Source: Felis catus (taxonomy: Eukaryota). From it: DNA of 64,000 nt. The DNA lies in the NCBI RefSeq assembly GCF_018350175.1, contig NC_058383.1, forward strand, positions 19,842,001 through 19,906,000. Direction: 5' to 3'. The position numbers and the translations under genes were made by a program. Positions 25,126 through 39,279 of this stretch are shown here, piece after piece (positions within the stretch are counted from its first letter, which is position 1; each line of letters opens with the position of its first letter). The notes beneath the pieces are model-generated. The model saw nothing but the letters and a program-made list of their open reading frames with translations, was not told where the DNA came from and did no database searches.

Positions 25126-25902
25126 GTTCTGGTACCCGTGGCCTGCAGACCCCCCAGCCTGGAAGGGCAGTAGCACTTTGGCTGGGGGAGCGAGTCCACG
25201 ATGAGTCCGCAGTCTGAGTGATGGCCGGCAGATGTCCTTCCCAGTGCCCTGCCCCAGGCCTGTGGCCACGGCAGCCCCATGAGAGGAGGTCTCGGGATCG
25301 CGTCCTCAGCTGTTTCGAGGGCAGAGGCACACGGGGCTGGGGCAGTGCGGCTACAGTAGGACTTTGGAAAATCCCCAGAGGCTGCCCAAACTGCTTTGTG
25401 CCACGAGTGGCGAAAAAAGTAGAAACAAAGATTCAGTGAATTCGTTGCCCAGTAAATTGGTCATTTGGCAAATTGATTTTCTCTGCACGTGTGAGCGTCC
25501 TGTGAGAGGTCATTGTTGTCACGAGCCTGAGGTTGTCTCCACTGACTCCCTTGCCTGCCTGGCTCTCCAGCATCCCGCCCACACCTGGACAGGTGGGCGG
25601 GAGGTGATCCCAGAACGTTCCACGGGTCGTGAAGGAAAACGAAGGGAGCAACGTGACGGTAACTGAGAAGCAGGAGATGGCTGCCATGTATAGGGAGGGC
25701 CCTATCGGGCAGGTGACCGTTGAGCTGGAGAAGGAGCTGGCCATGGGGAGAGCATTCCCAGCACAGGGAATGGCAGGCAGCAGGGCAGAGGGACGCCGAT
25801 GCTGGTTTGGACGCTTCCTCCGCCACTTCTGAGCTGGGTGCCCTTGGCTCGGGCATGTGGCTTCTTGGAGCCTCAGTCTTAATCATCTGTAAAATGAGGA
25901 GA

Positions 25903-26282
25903 CTGTGGTCTGAGTTGCGCCCCCTCCCTCGCCCCTAAGATGTGTTTGTTGAAGCCCCAAACCCGGTGTGACTGCATTTGGAGATAGGGCTTCTGGAAGG
26001 TGTAAACTGAGGTCAGAAGTGTGGGGTCTCCATCTGATAGGACTGGGGGCCTTATAAGAAGAGGAACACTGTGAGCGGGCCCCGAGGAGAGGCCACGGGG
26101 GCACACGGCAAGGAGGTGGCCGTCTGTAGGCCGGGAAGAGGGCTCTCGCCAGAGCTCACCCACAATGGCTGTTGGATCTCAGACTCCCAGCCTCCCGATT
26201 GGCGAGGAAACCCGTTTCTGCTTTGAAGCCACCCAGTGTATGGCATTTCATCGTGGCAGCCTGAGGCTGAGGCTAAGACCAG
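25903..26282 (+). mobile_element. MLT1 (MaLR) solo LTR, MLT1B-like
   Basis: tgtgactgcatttggagatagggc...ccttataagaagagga...cagactcccagcctcc...gctaagac. Confidence 0.8.
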
Positions 26283-26549
26283 GGCTAAGCATGACCTGTT
26301 ATTTGTTTCTTAAATCAGGTAATCGACACATGTGGAACTCCACTGCTAATAAGCACGAGGTGGCATTCTAGTCACCGGACACAAACCCCAAATCTCTGCC
26401 CCTGTGGAGTTCGCGGGAAAGACAACGACGGGTAAAATAAGTGAGGAAGTTATACATTCAGAGGTCAGTTCCTGAAGAGGGGAAAGTGAATCAGGGCTAA
26501 GGGACGGGACAGGTGGCGAGGGGCTGGAGTTTAAAATAGAGCGTTCGCT

Positions 26550-26713
26550 GTGGTGCCTGGCTGGCTCAGTCGGTGGAGCGTGTGACTCTTGATCTCAGGG
26601 TAGTGAGTTCCATCTCCATGTTGGGTGTAGAGATTCCTTAAAAATGAAATCTAAATAAAATAAAATAAAATAAAATAAAATAAAATAAAATAAAATAAAA
26701 TAAAATAAAATAA
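26550..26713 (+). mobile_element. Short CAN-SINE with expanded (TAAAA)n tail, inside an L2
   Basis: ggtgcctggctggctcagtcgg head; about 12 TAAAA units at 26652-26713. Confidence 0.9.
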
Positions 26714-27590
26714 AGCAGTCAGGGAGGGCCTCCTTGAGAAGCTGATATTTGAGTGGAGATCTGAAGGTGTAAAAAGTATTCCAGGATGGGGAAGCAGCAA
26801 GTGCAAAGGCCCTGAGGCAGGAGTGTGCCTGGGGAGGCAAATGTGCCAGGGTGCAACAGGCAAGTGGGAGGGGAGTAGAAAGGAGCCCAGAAAGGCCGTT
26901 GAAAGGACTTTTTATCAGAGAGGTGGAAGCTGAAGTGGGAGTTTGAGAAGAGGGGGACTGTAATGGACAGGGTTTAACGTGTCAGTCTGGCTGCTGTGCT
27001 GAGAGGACACTGTAGAGGGGCCAGGGCTGGGTGGGAGCATGGAAGCCGGAGGGGCTACTGCAGTGCGTCAGGTGACAGATGCTGGTGGCTTGGACCGGGG
27101 CACGCGGGGATGAGAGACCCTCTCAGGAGTGAACTTGTCCAGCCCTTGGGAGACGGCCCCTGACCCTACAAGCCCCTGAGTGCGATTTTGTGGCCTTGGT
27201 GGCGATGGGATCGCCCCTGATGCTCCAGAGATTGGCCGCAGAACAGCAATGGTGGTGACAAGCGGCCTTAATTGCTTTGAGTGTTTGCATCAGAGGAAAA
27301 TCCCGCTCTTTCTGTAAAAAACAGAAGGAGCCGCTCCGTGGGCACCGCGGGCAGAGCTGGGACGCGAGGGGCTTGCCAGAGTGTGGGTGCCTGTGGGAAG
27401 CAGGTGAGGGAGCGAGAGCAGGGGTGTCTGATGCTCACGGTCGGTCTGCAGGCTTCCTTGGAGTCAGAGCTGGATACACCCTGGGAGGGGGGCAGGGGCT
27501 TCATCCGGGCTGATGCCCTCCCCTGCTGGGGCCATACAGCTGCTCACGAGGCACTGCCCTGGGCCTCACCCACGGAGATGCGCCTCCCAG

Positions 27591-27684
27591 AGCAGCCACG
27601 GCCAGTCATTGACCAGCTGGGGGTGCAGAGACCCGGGAGCAGCCACGGCCAGTGATTGACCAGCTGGAGGTGCAGAGACCCGGT
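27591..27684. repeat. 47-bp tandem duplication
   Basis: agcagccacggccagt(c/g)attgaccagctgg(g/a)ggtgcagagacccgg twice. Confidence 0.95.
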
Positions 27685-28550
27685 CCCTTTGTCTCAATTC
27701 GGGACAACACCGAGGAGCCACCTGGCTCCAGAGCTCATCACGGGACAGGTGGCCGCCTCCCTTGCAACCACACCGCAGGCCAGCTCGTCCCTCCGCCAGG
27801 GCCGCCCACATCACTTCCCCAGGGCACCCCCATCCACCTCACCGAACCCCGCCTCCCAGTCTGTTTCCAGGGGACCCCGTCCGGTGCAGTGGGTCGCATG
27901 GTTTCTGACAGCTCCATTTGGTGGGCCCCTGGTGGCTCACACCTCACCTGCCTGAGACCAAGTCCGCCGTCCTTCCTGCCTCCTCCACGGCAGCCCCTCC
28001 TGTGGCCTCCCTCATCTGGGGGTCGCGTTGCCGGCTACCCAGTTACCCAAGCCAGAAATACCGGGGTCACCCCGATACAGCTCCTTCCCTCACCTCCTCA
28101 TTATTGCACCCGCCATCATGTCCTGTCGGCTGCCCTCAAGTCTGTTTCCCCACATCCGTCTCAGGGGCCAGCCACGGCCATCTCCTGCTTGGACAAAGAG
28201 ATCGACCTTTTCACAGGCTTCCCTGCCTCCAGCCTGGTCTTGCTCCGATCTGCCCTTCCTAGACTGAATACAAGCCCCAAATATAATTCAGATTTGTCCC
28301 CCTTCTCTCTTATATATACATATATATGTATGAATATATGCATGAATCAAATGCATATATTATACATATATAATGCACATACTATATATGATATACATAC
28401 ATATATACACATATGTCATATGTAAAATAAACACACATACATGTGTATGTTTACTCCATCTATTCCAGACAAAGGTGACTGTGTGCTTGGTTATGTAGTT
28501 GATTCTATGTTATACATATTATGGCCATAATATGCTCTTCTCTCTCTCTC

Positions 28551-28768
28551 TTTAAAAAATGTTTAATGCTTATTTATTTTTGAGAGAGAGAGAGTGTGAG
28601 CAGGAGATGGGCAGAGAGAGAGACACACACACAGAATCGGAAGCAGGCTTCAGGCTCCAAGCTGTCAGCACAGAGCCCGACGACGTGGGGCTCGAACTCA
28701 CGAGCGGTGAGATCATGACGTGAGCCAAAGTCAGACATTTAACCAACTGAGCCACCCAGGTGCCCCCT
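28551..28768 (-). mobile_element. SINEC_Fc
   Basis: Reverse copy, head ends ...gccacccaggtgcccc. Confidence 0.93.
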
Positions 28769-28841
28769 TTTTTTTAACTGAGGAATGACTTACATATAGT
28801 AAAGGGCACAAATCTTAAGTGTTCAGCTTGATGATTTCTTT

Positions 28842-29120
28842 CTTTTTTTTAATGTTAATTTTTTAACGTTTGTTTATTTATTTATTTATTTATTTATGTT
28901 TTACAGTCTTGAAGTCTTTTATTTTTTTACATTTGTTTTTGAGAGAAAGAGACTGTGAGCGGGGGAGGGCCAGAGAGAGAGGCAGACACAGAATCGGAAG
29001 CAGGCTCCAGGCTCTGAGCTGTCAGCACAGAGCCCAACGCGGGGCTTGAACTCACAGACTGCGAGATCATGACCTGAGCCGAAGTCCGACGCTCAACCGA
29101 CTGAGCCACCCAGGCGCCCC
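28842..29120 (-). mobile_element. SINEC_Fc with extended tail
   Basis: TSD cttgatgatttcttt at 28827-28841 and 29124-29138. Confidence 0.93.
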
Positions 29121-29139
29121 CATCTTGATGATTTCTTTA

Positions 29140-29760
29140 CATAACCACCACAGAGAAAGAAGATATGGAGCATTTGTAATGTCCCAGGAGGCTCCCTTGT
29201 GCCCTCTCCCAGCTGATACTCCCCCAAGATAACCCATAGTATAGTCTTGATCACCACTGATCCACTTTTTGGTAAATGGGATCGTACAGTGTATACCCTC
29301 TTGGGTACGGCTTCTTTCGCTAAATGTCGTGCCCGGCGAGCTCCGTCTACGTTGCACGTGGCGGTAGTTGTTTCTTCTCTCAGTGCTTTGCAATATGACG
29401 AACATGCCACAATTTATTCATCTGACTTTACTGTTGATGGATGTTTGGGTTGTTTGCGGTCTGGGGTTGCTGTGAACATTTCAGGTATTGCTTCAGGTGG
29501 TCGTAAGCAATCATTCACCTTGGACGTCTCCTCAGCCGGGGAATTGCTTGGTCAAGGGGCAGGGGTACCTTCGTTTGGCTTTGAAAGACATGCCAAGCAG
29601 TTTCTCAGGGTGGACGCATCCCTTGCCACTCCCACCAGCGGAGGGGCAGAGCTCCCCTTGCTGCACAGCCTTGCCACCGACCGGTGTTGTCAGGACATTA
29701 ATTCAAGCCATTCTGGTGGGGATGTAGGACTGTCTGTGTGGAATTGCATTCCTTTGAGAT
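29140..29760 (-). mobile_element. Old L1M 3' end
   Basis: ccacaatttattcatct...ctgttgatggatgtttgggttgttt and related L1 3' text. Confidence 0.7.
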
Positions 29761-31782
29761 CATAAGCCCCAGCTGCAGTCTGTACCCCACCACCGCTGCC
29801 ACCTCCCATCCGATTGGCCCAGGATCCATGCCTGACAGTAAGCTGGGCCAATCAGAATTTGGAAACGAGACCTCAAAGATGCTCAGCAGCCTGCTGAGCG
29901 CTCGGGAAAGGACTTCAAACCTCAGGGCCCCGAGGTGGCCGTCTCTGTCTGCAGAGAAGCCAGAAGGCCAGTTTGCAGAGGGAGGAGAGAGGAGCAGACA
30001 CTGGAAGGGACAGGGAAACGAGATGTGGGAGGGCCGAGAGGAGGCAGGCGCCCAGAGAGCAGTCCTGGCCCCGGAGGCTGTCTGCCGTGTGCTCCTTGAC
30101 TGGGCTCTGCGGGACCCCACCCGCGCCCTGTCCTGAAAGGGACCGCTCTGTCCTCAGTCAGCTGCTCCTTTTTCTCTGTCCCCTCTTCTTTTGCGCCAGC
30201 TCTTTGAGTGGATTTTTTTCCCCCCTTGCAACCAAAGAGCCTTGCAAAACAAAGGGTATTTTCTCTGCTTCCTTTCTGTCTTTCCCCCTGGTTTTTAGCA
30301 CATCTTTTTGAAAACGTCAGCCTCTTGCTCTGATGAAGAGAAGGGGTAGGGAGGCTGGCATGCGTTGGTCCCTCACGGTGTGCCAGGCCCCAAATGGGCA
30401 TTCTCCCTGCTGTGTGGCGCCTGAGCCTGTGAGGGAGGGGCCGGTGGTAACTTGCCTCAAGGACGTGGGAAAGTGAGGCACAGAGGCGGTAAGGGACTGG
30501 CTCAGGTGGCTCAGCTGGGGACGCCCTCCTAGGCTGGTCTGACTCTGAAGCGTCTATTCTGCCAGGCTTCGTGCCCTTTGTCCGTCATTGAGCCTGAGTG
30601 TTAAAGGTGCACATGGATGCCTTCGTCACTGTTGACAGAGATTGCTTCTTACCCCTCCTCCACCCTGCCATCGCTCTGTGTCACAATAAAGGAGAGCTGT
30701 CCCTCATGGGGGTGCCACAGATGCCCTCGGTTCTGCTGCCCCCACGTTCAGAATTTCCTCCCATTCGTATCTTCCTCTTGCCAATGGCTCATCCAAGTGC
30801 TCTTTGAGAGTAACATAATTTGCTTCCAGAAAGTTCTTCCTTTTGTATGCAGCTAAAACCCCAGGGGGCACCATAGTGTCAAGGTAGAGAAGGTGCTGCC
30901 CGTGGAGTCACGTAGACTTGGAGTCCAAATCCTGTTCTCCACATTGATGAGGTGAGGAACCATGGGCAAAGATGGGGCCTCTCTGAGTCTGTTTTCCCAT
31001 CTGTAAAATGGGACTGGTGAGTCTTACTGCCCAGAAGTTTTGTAAGTTGCATAAGTAGGTTGTGATCTTCCTGGGTCACAGGCTCTCACCACCACGTTCC
31101 CTGCTTGCTGTCACCCTGTGACGCCTAAGCTGGCCAGCCCTTCCTCCTTCCCTCCACCTGTAGCCTCATCCTTGTGACTCTGCCATCGTGTTCCAGGCGT
31201 GCCCAGTCCAGGGCTCCATCCTGAAGAAGGTGCTGGAGCCGCTGAAGGACGTCATCATCAAGGCCCCCTGGGACATCAGCCTGGGGGTGTGAACCTGCCC
31301 AGTGTCGACTCATCCCACGCCTCCCCGGTGCAGCTCGCCCCTGTGCTCCCGGGGTTTCCACACGTCCAGCTGTGACCACAACTTGGCCGTGACCGTGAAC
31401 CTCCCAGCACGTCCAAAATACAAAACTGGGCTGGCACTGACGACGTTGTTTTGCGAAGGGTTGGAGCTGATGCAGGCACCTCGATGCCGGTACTTGAAGC
31501 TCCAAAGCAGGGAAAGGTTTCAGACTATGAAATGAAGTCAGCGGACTTACATGTTGAACTTGGAAATCCAGACGCAGAGTAGAGCTGTGGAGCGAAGATG
31601 CCTTCTGGTGAATGCGCACCTGTATGCCCAGATGTCAGTCACGTTGGGGACCCTGGTGTAGCCTTTTGTGCAAAAGAGAGAGTGAGATTTTCTCCAAGTG
31701 CAGAAACCTGGGAACGAAAGTATTAAGTGGTCGAAAAGGAATAACGTTGACAAAGAGGAGGACGCTGTTACAGTAGAGCTGA

Positions 31783-32019
<237 letters not shown>

Positions 32020-32187
32020 TGAATACCAGCATATAGTGTGCACCTCTGAGTACATGGGTAGATATCGTTTTCTGTAAACAGTTTCCATTCTCTACAGTTT
32101 GGCTAAAGAATCCATCCCCAAGTCGGATCTGGTCTTGTTAACGTAGAACTAATTCTGCCTTACCTAAAAATTCTCCTTTTGATTTTC

Positions 32188-32420
32188 AGGGGTGCTTGGG
32201 TGGCTCAGTCGGTTAAGCGTCCGACTCTTGATTTCTGCTCGCCGTGATCTCACGGTTTGTGGGATCGAGCCCCGCGTGGGGCTCTGCACTGACGGCCAGG
32301 AGCCTGCTTGGGGTTCGGTCTCTCCCTCAGTCTCTCTTTGACCCTCCCCTGCTTGCACGTGCGCCCGCGTGTGTGTGCTCTCTCTCTTTCTCGAAGTAAA
32401 TAAACTTAAAAAAAAAAAAG
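32188..32420 (+). mobile_element. CAN-SINE inserted in the PCNA pseudogene 3' UTR
   Basis: TSD aaattctcctt(t/a)tgatttt at 32168-32186 and 32421-32439. Confidence 0.95.
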
Positions 32421-32508
32421 AAATTCTCCTTATGATTTTGATAACACAGGGCTTTGACTCCAAATGCAGTTTTAAGAACTGTTTGCAGTTGAAAGGAATT
32501 ATTTGATT

Positions 32509-32744
32509 GGGGTGCCTGGGTGGCGCAGTCGGTTAAGCGTCCGACTTCAGCCAGGTCACGATCTCGCAGTCCATGAGTTTGAGCCCCGCGTCAGGCTCTG
32601 GGCTGATGGCTCAGAGCCTGGAGCCTGTTTCCGATTCTGTGTCTCCCTCTCTCTCTGCCCCTCCCCCGTTCATGCTCTGTCTCTCTCTGTCCCAAAAATA
32701 AATAAAAACGTTGAAGAGAAAAAAAAAATTAAAAAAAAAAAAAA
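32509..32744 (+). mobile_element. Young SINEC_Fc inserted in the PCNA pseudogene 3' UTR
   Basis: Perfect 16-bp TSD gaaaggaattatttga at 32491-32506 and 32745-32760. Confidence 0.97.
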
Positions 32745-34842
32745 GAAAGGAATTATTTGAATTTCCAAAGAAAATGGAGTCAAATAAGTAAAAGTAAAGT
32801 GTTTAGCTTCACGTTTGGCACATAAGACACAAATACATAGTCATTGTTCTTGCTATTTGTAGAGTTTCCTTCGTCCTGGGAGTTCCTGAAAATGGAAAAC
32901 CTTTAAGTACCTGTCTCTGCATGGGCTTAATGCTCTCAGTCTGGCTGCTGTACCCTAACACACCTCTGACCCCTTTGAAATGCTTCCTCAGCAAGGCAAA
33001 GCTCTGTGGGAAATTCGGGGGTAGGATCACTAGCTCTGAGGCCTCGGTTGTTGCCGGATGCAGAGAAAACAAATATTGCTTTAGAAACATTAATAATTGA
33101 GAGCTTTTCAGCACAGAATTGGCCAGCATTAGGGGAATTGAAAATTAAGACTAAGACACTACCTCAAACAGATTTTCTGGTGAATAATTCATAGAGCTAT
33201 AATGCCCATGAAGACCCAGAAGAGAAGAGACCTTCTGTGTCTGCCCTCCCCAGCCCCCGCCACCAGCCCCATCACCTTGACTTTTCCCTGAGCCCTTGGT
33301 GGGGGGAGGGGCATCTGGGGAAGCAAACAGAAGCCAACCACAACAGCAGAGTTCTGACTGGAACTTTCCATGCAGTTTTGCTCCCGTGTTGCTGTGTGAC
33401 CATCGATAAAGTCTGTCCTTCTCTGAGTAGCAATCCTGCCAACTCTGAACTGTGATTCTTTGAGGCCCAAGGGACGGAAAGGCCTTTGAGTACTCATTGA
33501 GGCCTCTGTCCTCAGGGAGATATATACCCCAAAGCACTGGGGGGATGGTCTCTATTCCATTTCAGACCTCCTTCTTTCCTTCCTTCACACATTTACTGAG
33601 TACCTACTCTGTGCTAAGTGCTGAAGATATTGTCTCCTTGGGGGAGAAACCATCTAGGAAGCGGATAATTGCAACTCACAGTGACTTGAACACAGATGGG
33701 GGGAAGGAGAAGGTCGTGGGTGTGGGAGTGACACCTAAATTCAGCCTGAGGTGTGATCAGGGAGGGCTTTCTGGTGGAGGCCACACCTGCACTGAATCCT
33801 ACGGAGAGAGTTGGGTAGGAAAAGAAGGAGGAGGGTGTTCTAGGTTATAACATTTTTATAACATTTATAAAAAAGCCCCAGAAGAGAGAGAGAAGGAAAA
33901 GTACTTTTGTGGGGACAGCAAGGGCCCCTGGGACACATGGCAAGGATCCCCAGAGAAGAGGCTGCACCTAAGGCATTAAGGTCAAGTTAAGGCCTTGCAT
34001 TTGGACCTCACTCTGAGGGCAATGGGGAGCCAGCGAAGGTGTAAGTGGGGTGCTGGATACTCGTTCGGATTTGTTTGAGAAAGATCCAGGGACTGGCGTG
34101 CGGAGCATTGGTGGTTCCTGCGTTCTGGTGTCGGTGTGAACCCTTCTCAGCCTGGTCCGACCGATTGCCCGTCACCTGTTTTGAACAAGTTGTGCTTTGT
34201 GTTTCCAAGGTCCATCCATCCAATCTCAAGCTGCATTCTTGCCTCAGTTCACGTGTCACATCTGTTCTCTGTGTTGGGGGAGGGGGCAGGGGGCAGTTTG
34301 TGCGGGGTTCCCAAGCAAGGGAACTCTTTTGTCGGCTCAGACTTGATCTTGCCAAGTTCAGGGTGGGAAGGCAGCCAGCCTCCAAGGAGAACTGGCTTCC
34401 GAGGCCCGTCTCAGGGTGGATGTCTCACACTGGCGGCTCCTGGGGTAAGTCTGCATCTATGGGTGTGTTTTGTTGGAACAGGGTCTTGTTTGGCAGAAAA
34501 GTTAGTAATGCTATTTAAGTCAGGAGACTTCTCATCAAAAGTCTGGGTTGCTGATTTTCTAGAGATAGCAGACTTGGCCACCTGGAGCCTCTTCCTTGAG
34601 GGCAGCCATTGGCCGGTGTGGGGTGGCCTGTTTGTGCCAGCTCTTCCCTTTCACCTTCCTGTCCTGAGGCTGACGACAGCCGCTGTCTGTCATTGTCTCT
34701 GTCACTGCAACCCTAGTTTTCTCCCACGAAGCAAGGAAGGATGTAGACCCTTTCTTGAGAGCCACACGCCCAGCAAACACAGGAAAGTGAAAGACAGACT
34801 AAGAGGGCCGCGTGCTTCAAGACAAATGGGGAAGCACACTGT

Positions 34843-35038
34843 TTTTACATTTTTTTCATGTTTATTCCTTTTGAGAGTGAGAGAGACAGAGCACGAGCAG
34901 GGGAGGGGCAGAGAAAGAGAAAGAGAGAAAATCCCAAGCAGCCCGGATGGCGGGGTTTGGTCCTGTGAACCGTGAGATCGTGACCTGAGCCAAAGTCAAG
35001 GGTCGGATGCTCAACCGACTGAGCCACCCAGGCGCCCC
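34843..35038 (-). mobile_element. CAN-SINE
   Basis: Reverse copy ending gagccacccaggcgcccc. Confidence 0.9.
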
Positions 35039-36852
35039 AAGGGCACATGTTTCCTGATGGAAATAAAAAGTCATTGTTTGGTACATAGACCACATGGGGC
35101 CGGTTGAAAGAGTTCAGTCTAAGGTGTGACAGGCAAGTCGGGCTCAGGTGGCACTCACGCGTGTTCCTCGCCTGGCCCGGCGCTTGTGGGCCCAGACTGA
35201 TGAGACGGGGTTTCAGGGCCCTGCCCCGCTGCCCAGCCTTCTCCCCGGCAAGCTCTGCTCACACGTGCGTGTGGGTTTACTTTCATTTGGGGTGGGGGTG
35301 GAGCAATGATGGTTTCAGGTACACTTAAGAAATGCGTAAAAGCCATCAGGCCGCTAGAGCCCCTTCGTGTACCTTTGGGGTAAACTAAAGCCAGGGAAGG
35401 GGACCGACCTATCCATTGCCACCTGCATGGTCCTGTGTGGGGGCAGAGCCTGTGCCCTGCCTTTTTGTCTACCCGGGCTGCAGGCTGCAGGCTGAGCAGG
35501 GCCCCCTGCCCTCCCGGACCCCATCGTCTGCTCTGCTGCACTGCTCAACTATCTGCACTGCTTGCCCGGGGTCGCAGACCCGAAGGTCTGAGTCTGGAGC
35601 AGGGGAGGTGAGCTCCAGCTGCTTGCTGGCAGGTGGGAATGGCAGGGGGGGGGCCAGGGTTTCCAAATCTCAGGTAGCCAGCAGTTTGGGTCTTTAAGCG
35701 AAGCCTGGGGGCTGGTACTTCTGGTGTGTGGCCCCAGCTCGGAACAGCCCGAAGGTGTCTTTTTCTGACTTGATTCTCCGCTGTCCAGCATGGGCCTGAG
35801 CTCATTCGTTCATTCCTCTTTGGTTTCTCACGTCTTCACGACCCTAGGAGGAGCTTTTTCACCCCCATTTTACAGATGATGGCACTGAGGGCTCGGCAGG
35901 TTAAGGCACGGGTCCCGAGGCACGCAGCTCTTGTGCGTCAGAGCCAAGACTCAGGCCCAGGGATTCTGAACCCTGAGCCCGCTCTCGGAATCGCTGCGAA
36001 TTCTAGGATGAATGTGAGGCCATCCTGTGCCCACACTGCGGTTCACGGGATACGTAAGTGAAGGATTTCTTATCAGGAAGAAAGGATTCTAGGCACATTT
36101 TCGCAAACTGTAACTGGCGTCCTTTGAGAAAAGCAGGTGGCCCTAAGGACTCAGATGAGCCAAGAGGTAAGGCTGTCCATAGTCACATTTGTGACAAACT
36201 TGATGAGTCTGTGTGTGTCACTTAAAAACTCTGTGGGCTCCCATTTTGTCACCTTTCATATTTTAAGAACTAACGTTACAGTCAAGGCGTGACGAGTTTC
36301 CACCGATGGTCTTTGGCAATGCTCAGATTCAACTCCTTCATCCTGAAGTCTGTATTGGGCGCCTACTGTATGCAGGGCGCGGATGTGCATTCCGAGACAC
36401 AACGGCCATACCCACTGTGAAAAGGCGTTGTTCTGGGCTCTGGGGACACAACGGTGAGCCAAATAGACCCAGTCCTTGCTCCTGCGGAGTTGAAGCCTTG
36501 CGGGCGAGGCAGATTTAATCTAAGAATCCCATGAGGAAGTGTAAATTGACAAAATGTAAAGCATAAGTGCTGTGGAAGAGAGGGACGTGGTGGCCCGAGA
36601 GCGTGGGTCAGGTCGGGGGGGCCAGGGCAGCCTTCCCTGGGGAAGTGACATGTGAGCTGAGCTCCGCAGGAAGAGGAGGCAGAAACCGGGTGACGGGGCC
36701 GCTGCAAAGGTTCGGGGTCAGTGGGTCTGTGGAAGCGAAGGCCCCGCAGAGGGGAGCGTGCTTGGGATGAGGCTGGAATGATCAGCCAAGGCCCGACCCC
36801 TGGTGGTCGTTGCTCTTTATCCTGAGAGCAAGGGGAGGTCATCGGAGCATTA

Positions 36853-37830
36853 TCAGTTAGCCTGGGCCGTGTAACAAACTGTCCCCAACCACAGTGACTT
36901 AAAGCAGCCATCTCTAGTTCTGGTCGGGAGCCTGCAGGACAGCAGGCTGTGCTGGGCTGGGTTCGTGGCTCTTCCGGCCTGGGTCAGGCCCAGCTGCCCT
37001 TGGGCGCACTCGTTCATGTGTGCAGGGTCAGCTGGTGGGTCACGTGGGGCCGGCTGGCTTATGACGGCCTCGGGAGGCACGGCTGGGGGAGCTGGGGACT
37101 CTCTCCTCCTGTGACAGGCCAGCGCGGGCTTGGTCCCAGGGTGGCTGCAGGGCGTGTGTGAACGGAAGCCACGAGGCCTCTGAAGGCCTAGACCAGGAGC
37201 TGCGGAGCGTCAGTCCCTTCCTGCTGGTCAGAACACATCACGAGATCAGCCCAGATCCAGGGGAGGGAGAAGCAAACTCCTCCTCTCAGTGGGAGGAGCT
37301 GCTAAGTATTAGGGCCATTTTTGCCAACAACTGCAGAGATTTTAAGTAAAAGTGATTTTTCTTTTTTGTAGAGAGTTAAAAAGCCCCTTTAGCTTCTGAA
37401 GGGAGAATGGATGGGGGAGAGTTATTTACCTCAATATCCGTTCCTTCCTCCGTTGTTACTAACAGGATGCCAGTTTTTATTCCCACACATTGTTTCTTGA
37501 ATGAGGACCGAATTTCCTCACGTCCTTTACAGCTCCATGTAGCTGTGTTGTGGGACACTTTTAGGGCATCTCCTTAAGAAAGAAGGGTCAAACCTTTCTT
37601 CTCTTCTTCCTCCCCCTGCTCTCCTTGATGTGTTGGATGGAGATGTGTTGGGGAAGCTTGGGCAGCCACCTTGGACCATGAGGATGGGGACCTCACCTGG
37701 AGGAGGGTGGAACAGAGATCCAGAAGGAGCTGGGGTCCTGATCACCCCGTGAGGCCACCATACCGGTTTTGGCTACGTGGTGGCTGGTAGCTACAAGTGG
37801 CTCGTGGCTTTCCCTTCTCGGGAGAATGGC
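36853..37830. mobile_element. Two adjacent old MaLR (MLT1) LTR fragments
   Basis: gtaacaaac...cagtgacttaaagca and cagccaccttggaccatgagg...aaggagctggggtcctgat motifs. Confidence 0.55.
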
Positions 37831-39279
37831 CCATTTGGACTGGAGCTGTTCCACCCATAACCCGCTGAGCCGCATTTGCTCAGGAGGTTATGGGTGTGGG
37901 GGTTCAGGGTGTGGGGGTACAAAGGGCCTTTGCCTGAGCTGCAGGAGACGCTCCGGAGCTCCCCATGGGGTCCTCCTGAGGCCAGTCCCCAGCCCCATCC
38001 CGTGTCCCTTATTCCCCTTCTCCTTGGAACGCCCCTCATGAGAACCACCGTCTCAAGCTCTCCTTCTGGGGACGCAACCTCAGACACCCTACTCCGCTCC
38101 CTACCCGTGATAAGCCACAGACCAAGAGTCTGTGTCTCAGAACGTACCCTAATCACTAGACTCCATCCACTCGCCCACTGGTTTTGCAGTGGGCGGAAGA
38201 GGAGACGTCAGCTGCTTAAATCCAGCAAAGCAGGCGCTATGGTGCGAAGAGCTCAAGAAAAATGAACTTCTTCCGGGCCGGGGGACGAAGGCCAAGGGAG
38301 CGCTCGGCAAGAGAGGCTTCAGATCTGGCCAGCGTGTGGGGCACCCCCCGGCCGAGTCCCTCGCCTTCCCGCCCCCCTGCTCCAGGCCTGTTTGAAGTCT
38401 GTGGGCTGCCCGGGCTGCTGGACGGACAGCATTTGTAAGCAACTCTCTCCCCAGCCCAGTTAATAATTCAGGAGCCAGTGCCTGCAGCCAGCCCATCGCT
38501 CCAAGCATGCCGCGTCCCCAACGCCAAGCCTGTGGACAGGAAAGGAGAAAATCCCTGGACCCGCTTGAAAAATGGTCCCTGCTCCAAGCGCTTGCTGCCT
38601 CCCCAGCGCCGGGCTGGGAGAGAGCTGGGCCGAGACGTATCTGCCGAGCAGACGGCAAGAGAAGGACGGAGCGGCCCTGGGGGCTCAGGCGTGCACCCGG
38701 AGCGGTATTTAATTTTCGGACCCTGAGCCGCATTTGCTTTTGGATCGCGGGCTGTGGTCGCTGGGATGCAGGCCGTGGGGGACTCAGCTTTCTTCTGACT
38801 CAGCAATTCATCCTTCACCCACTGTCTCCCCTTCGTTCGCTCATTCGGCCACCGTTGATGCTACTGACACGGAAGTGGCATTGACAATACGGGCAGGGGG
38901 TGGGGAGTGACAGCTGTCCTCAGGGGGGGCAGACACGAAGAGTGGGGGGTGCCACACTTAAGGGTCTCGGGACAAGAAACAGCTGGCCGGGGGCTCTGCG
39001 TGTGGGGGCGGCCCGTCCCCTGGGTGTGCCGGGACCCTAAATGTCCAAAGCAGGGAATGGTTAAGGTCATGGAATCTGGGGCCAATGGCACGGGTTCAAA
39101 TACCAGCCCTGCCACTAACCTACCCAGAGTTGGCCTCTCTGTGCCTCAGTTTCCCCATCTGTAAAATCGAGTTAATAATGGGAGACCGGTACAAACTACC
39201 TCTTAGGGTTAAGATAATGGACAGGGACTTCGAGGGCGAAAATGAAAAACCCAAACTCGGGAAATTACAAAGTGCTGGC

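Noticed and set aside
27652..28425. 257-aa plus-strand ORF
   Set aside because: Starts at GTG within a tandem duplication and runs through L2-like and (TA)n low-complexity sequence.
34136..34975. 279-aa plus-strand ORF
   Set aside because: Starts at GTG, runs through old repeat sequence into a SINE, and shows no protein family resemblance.
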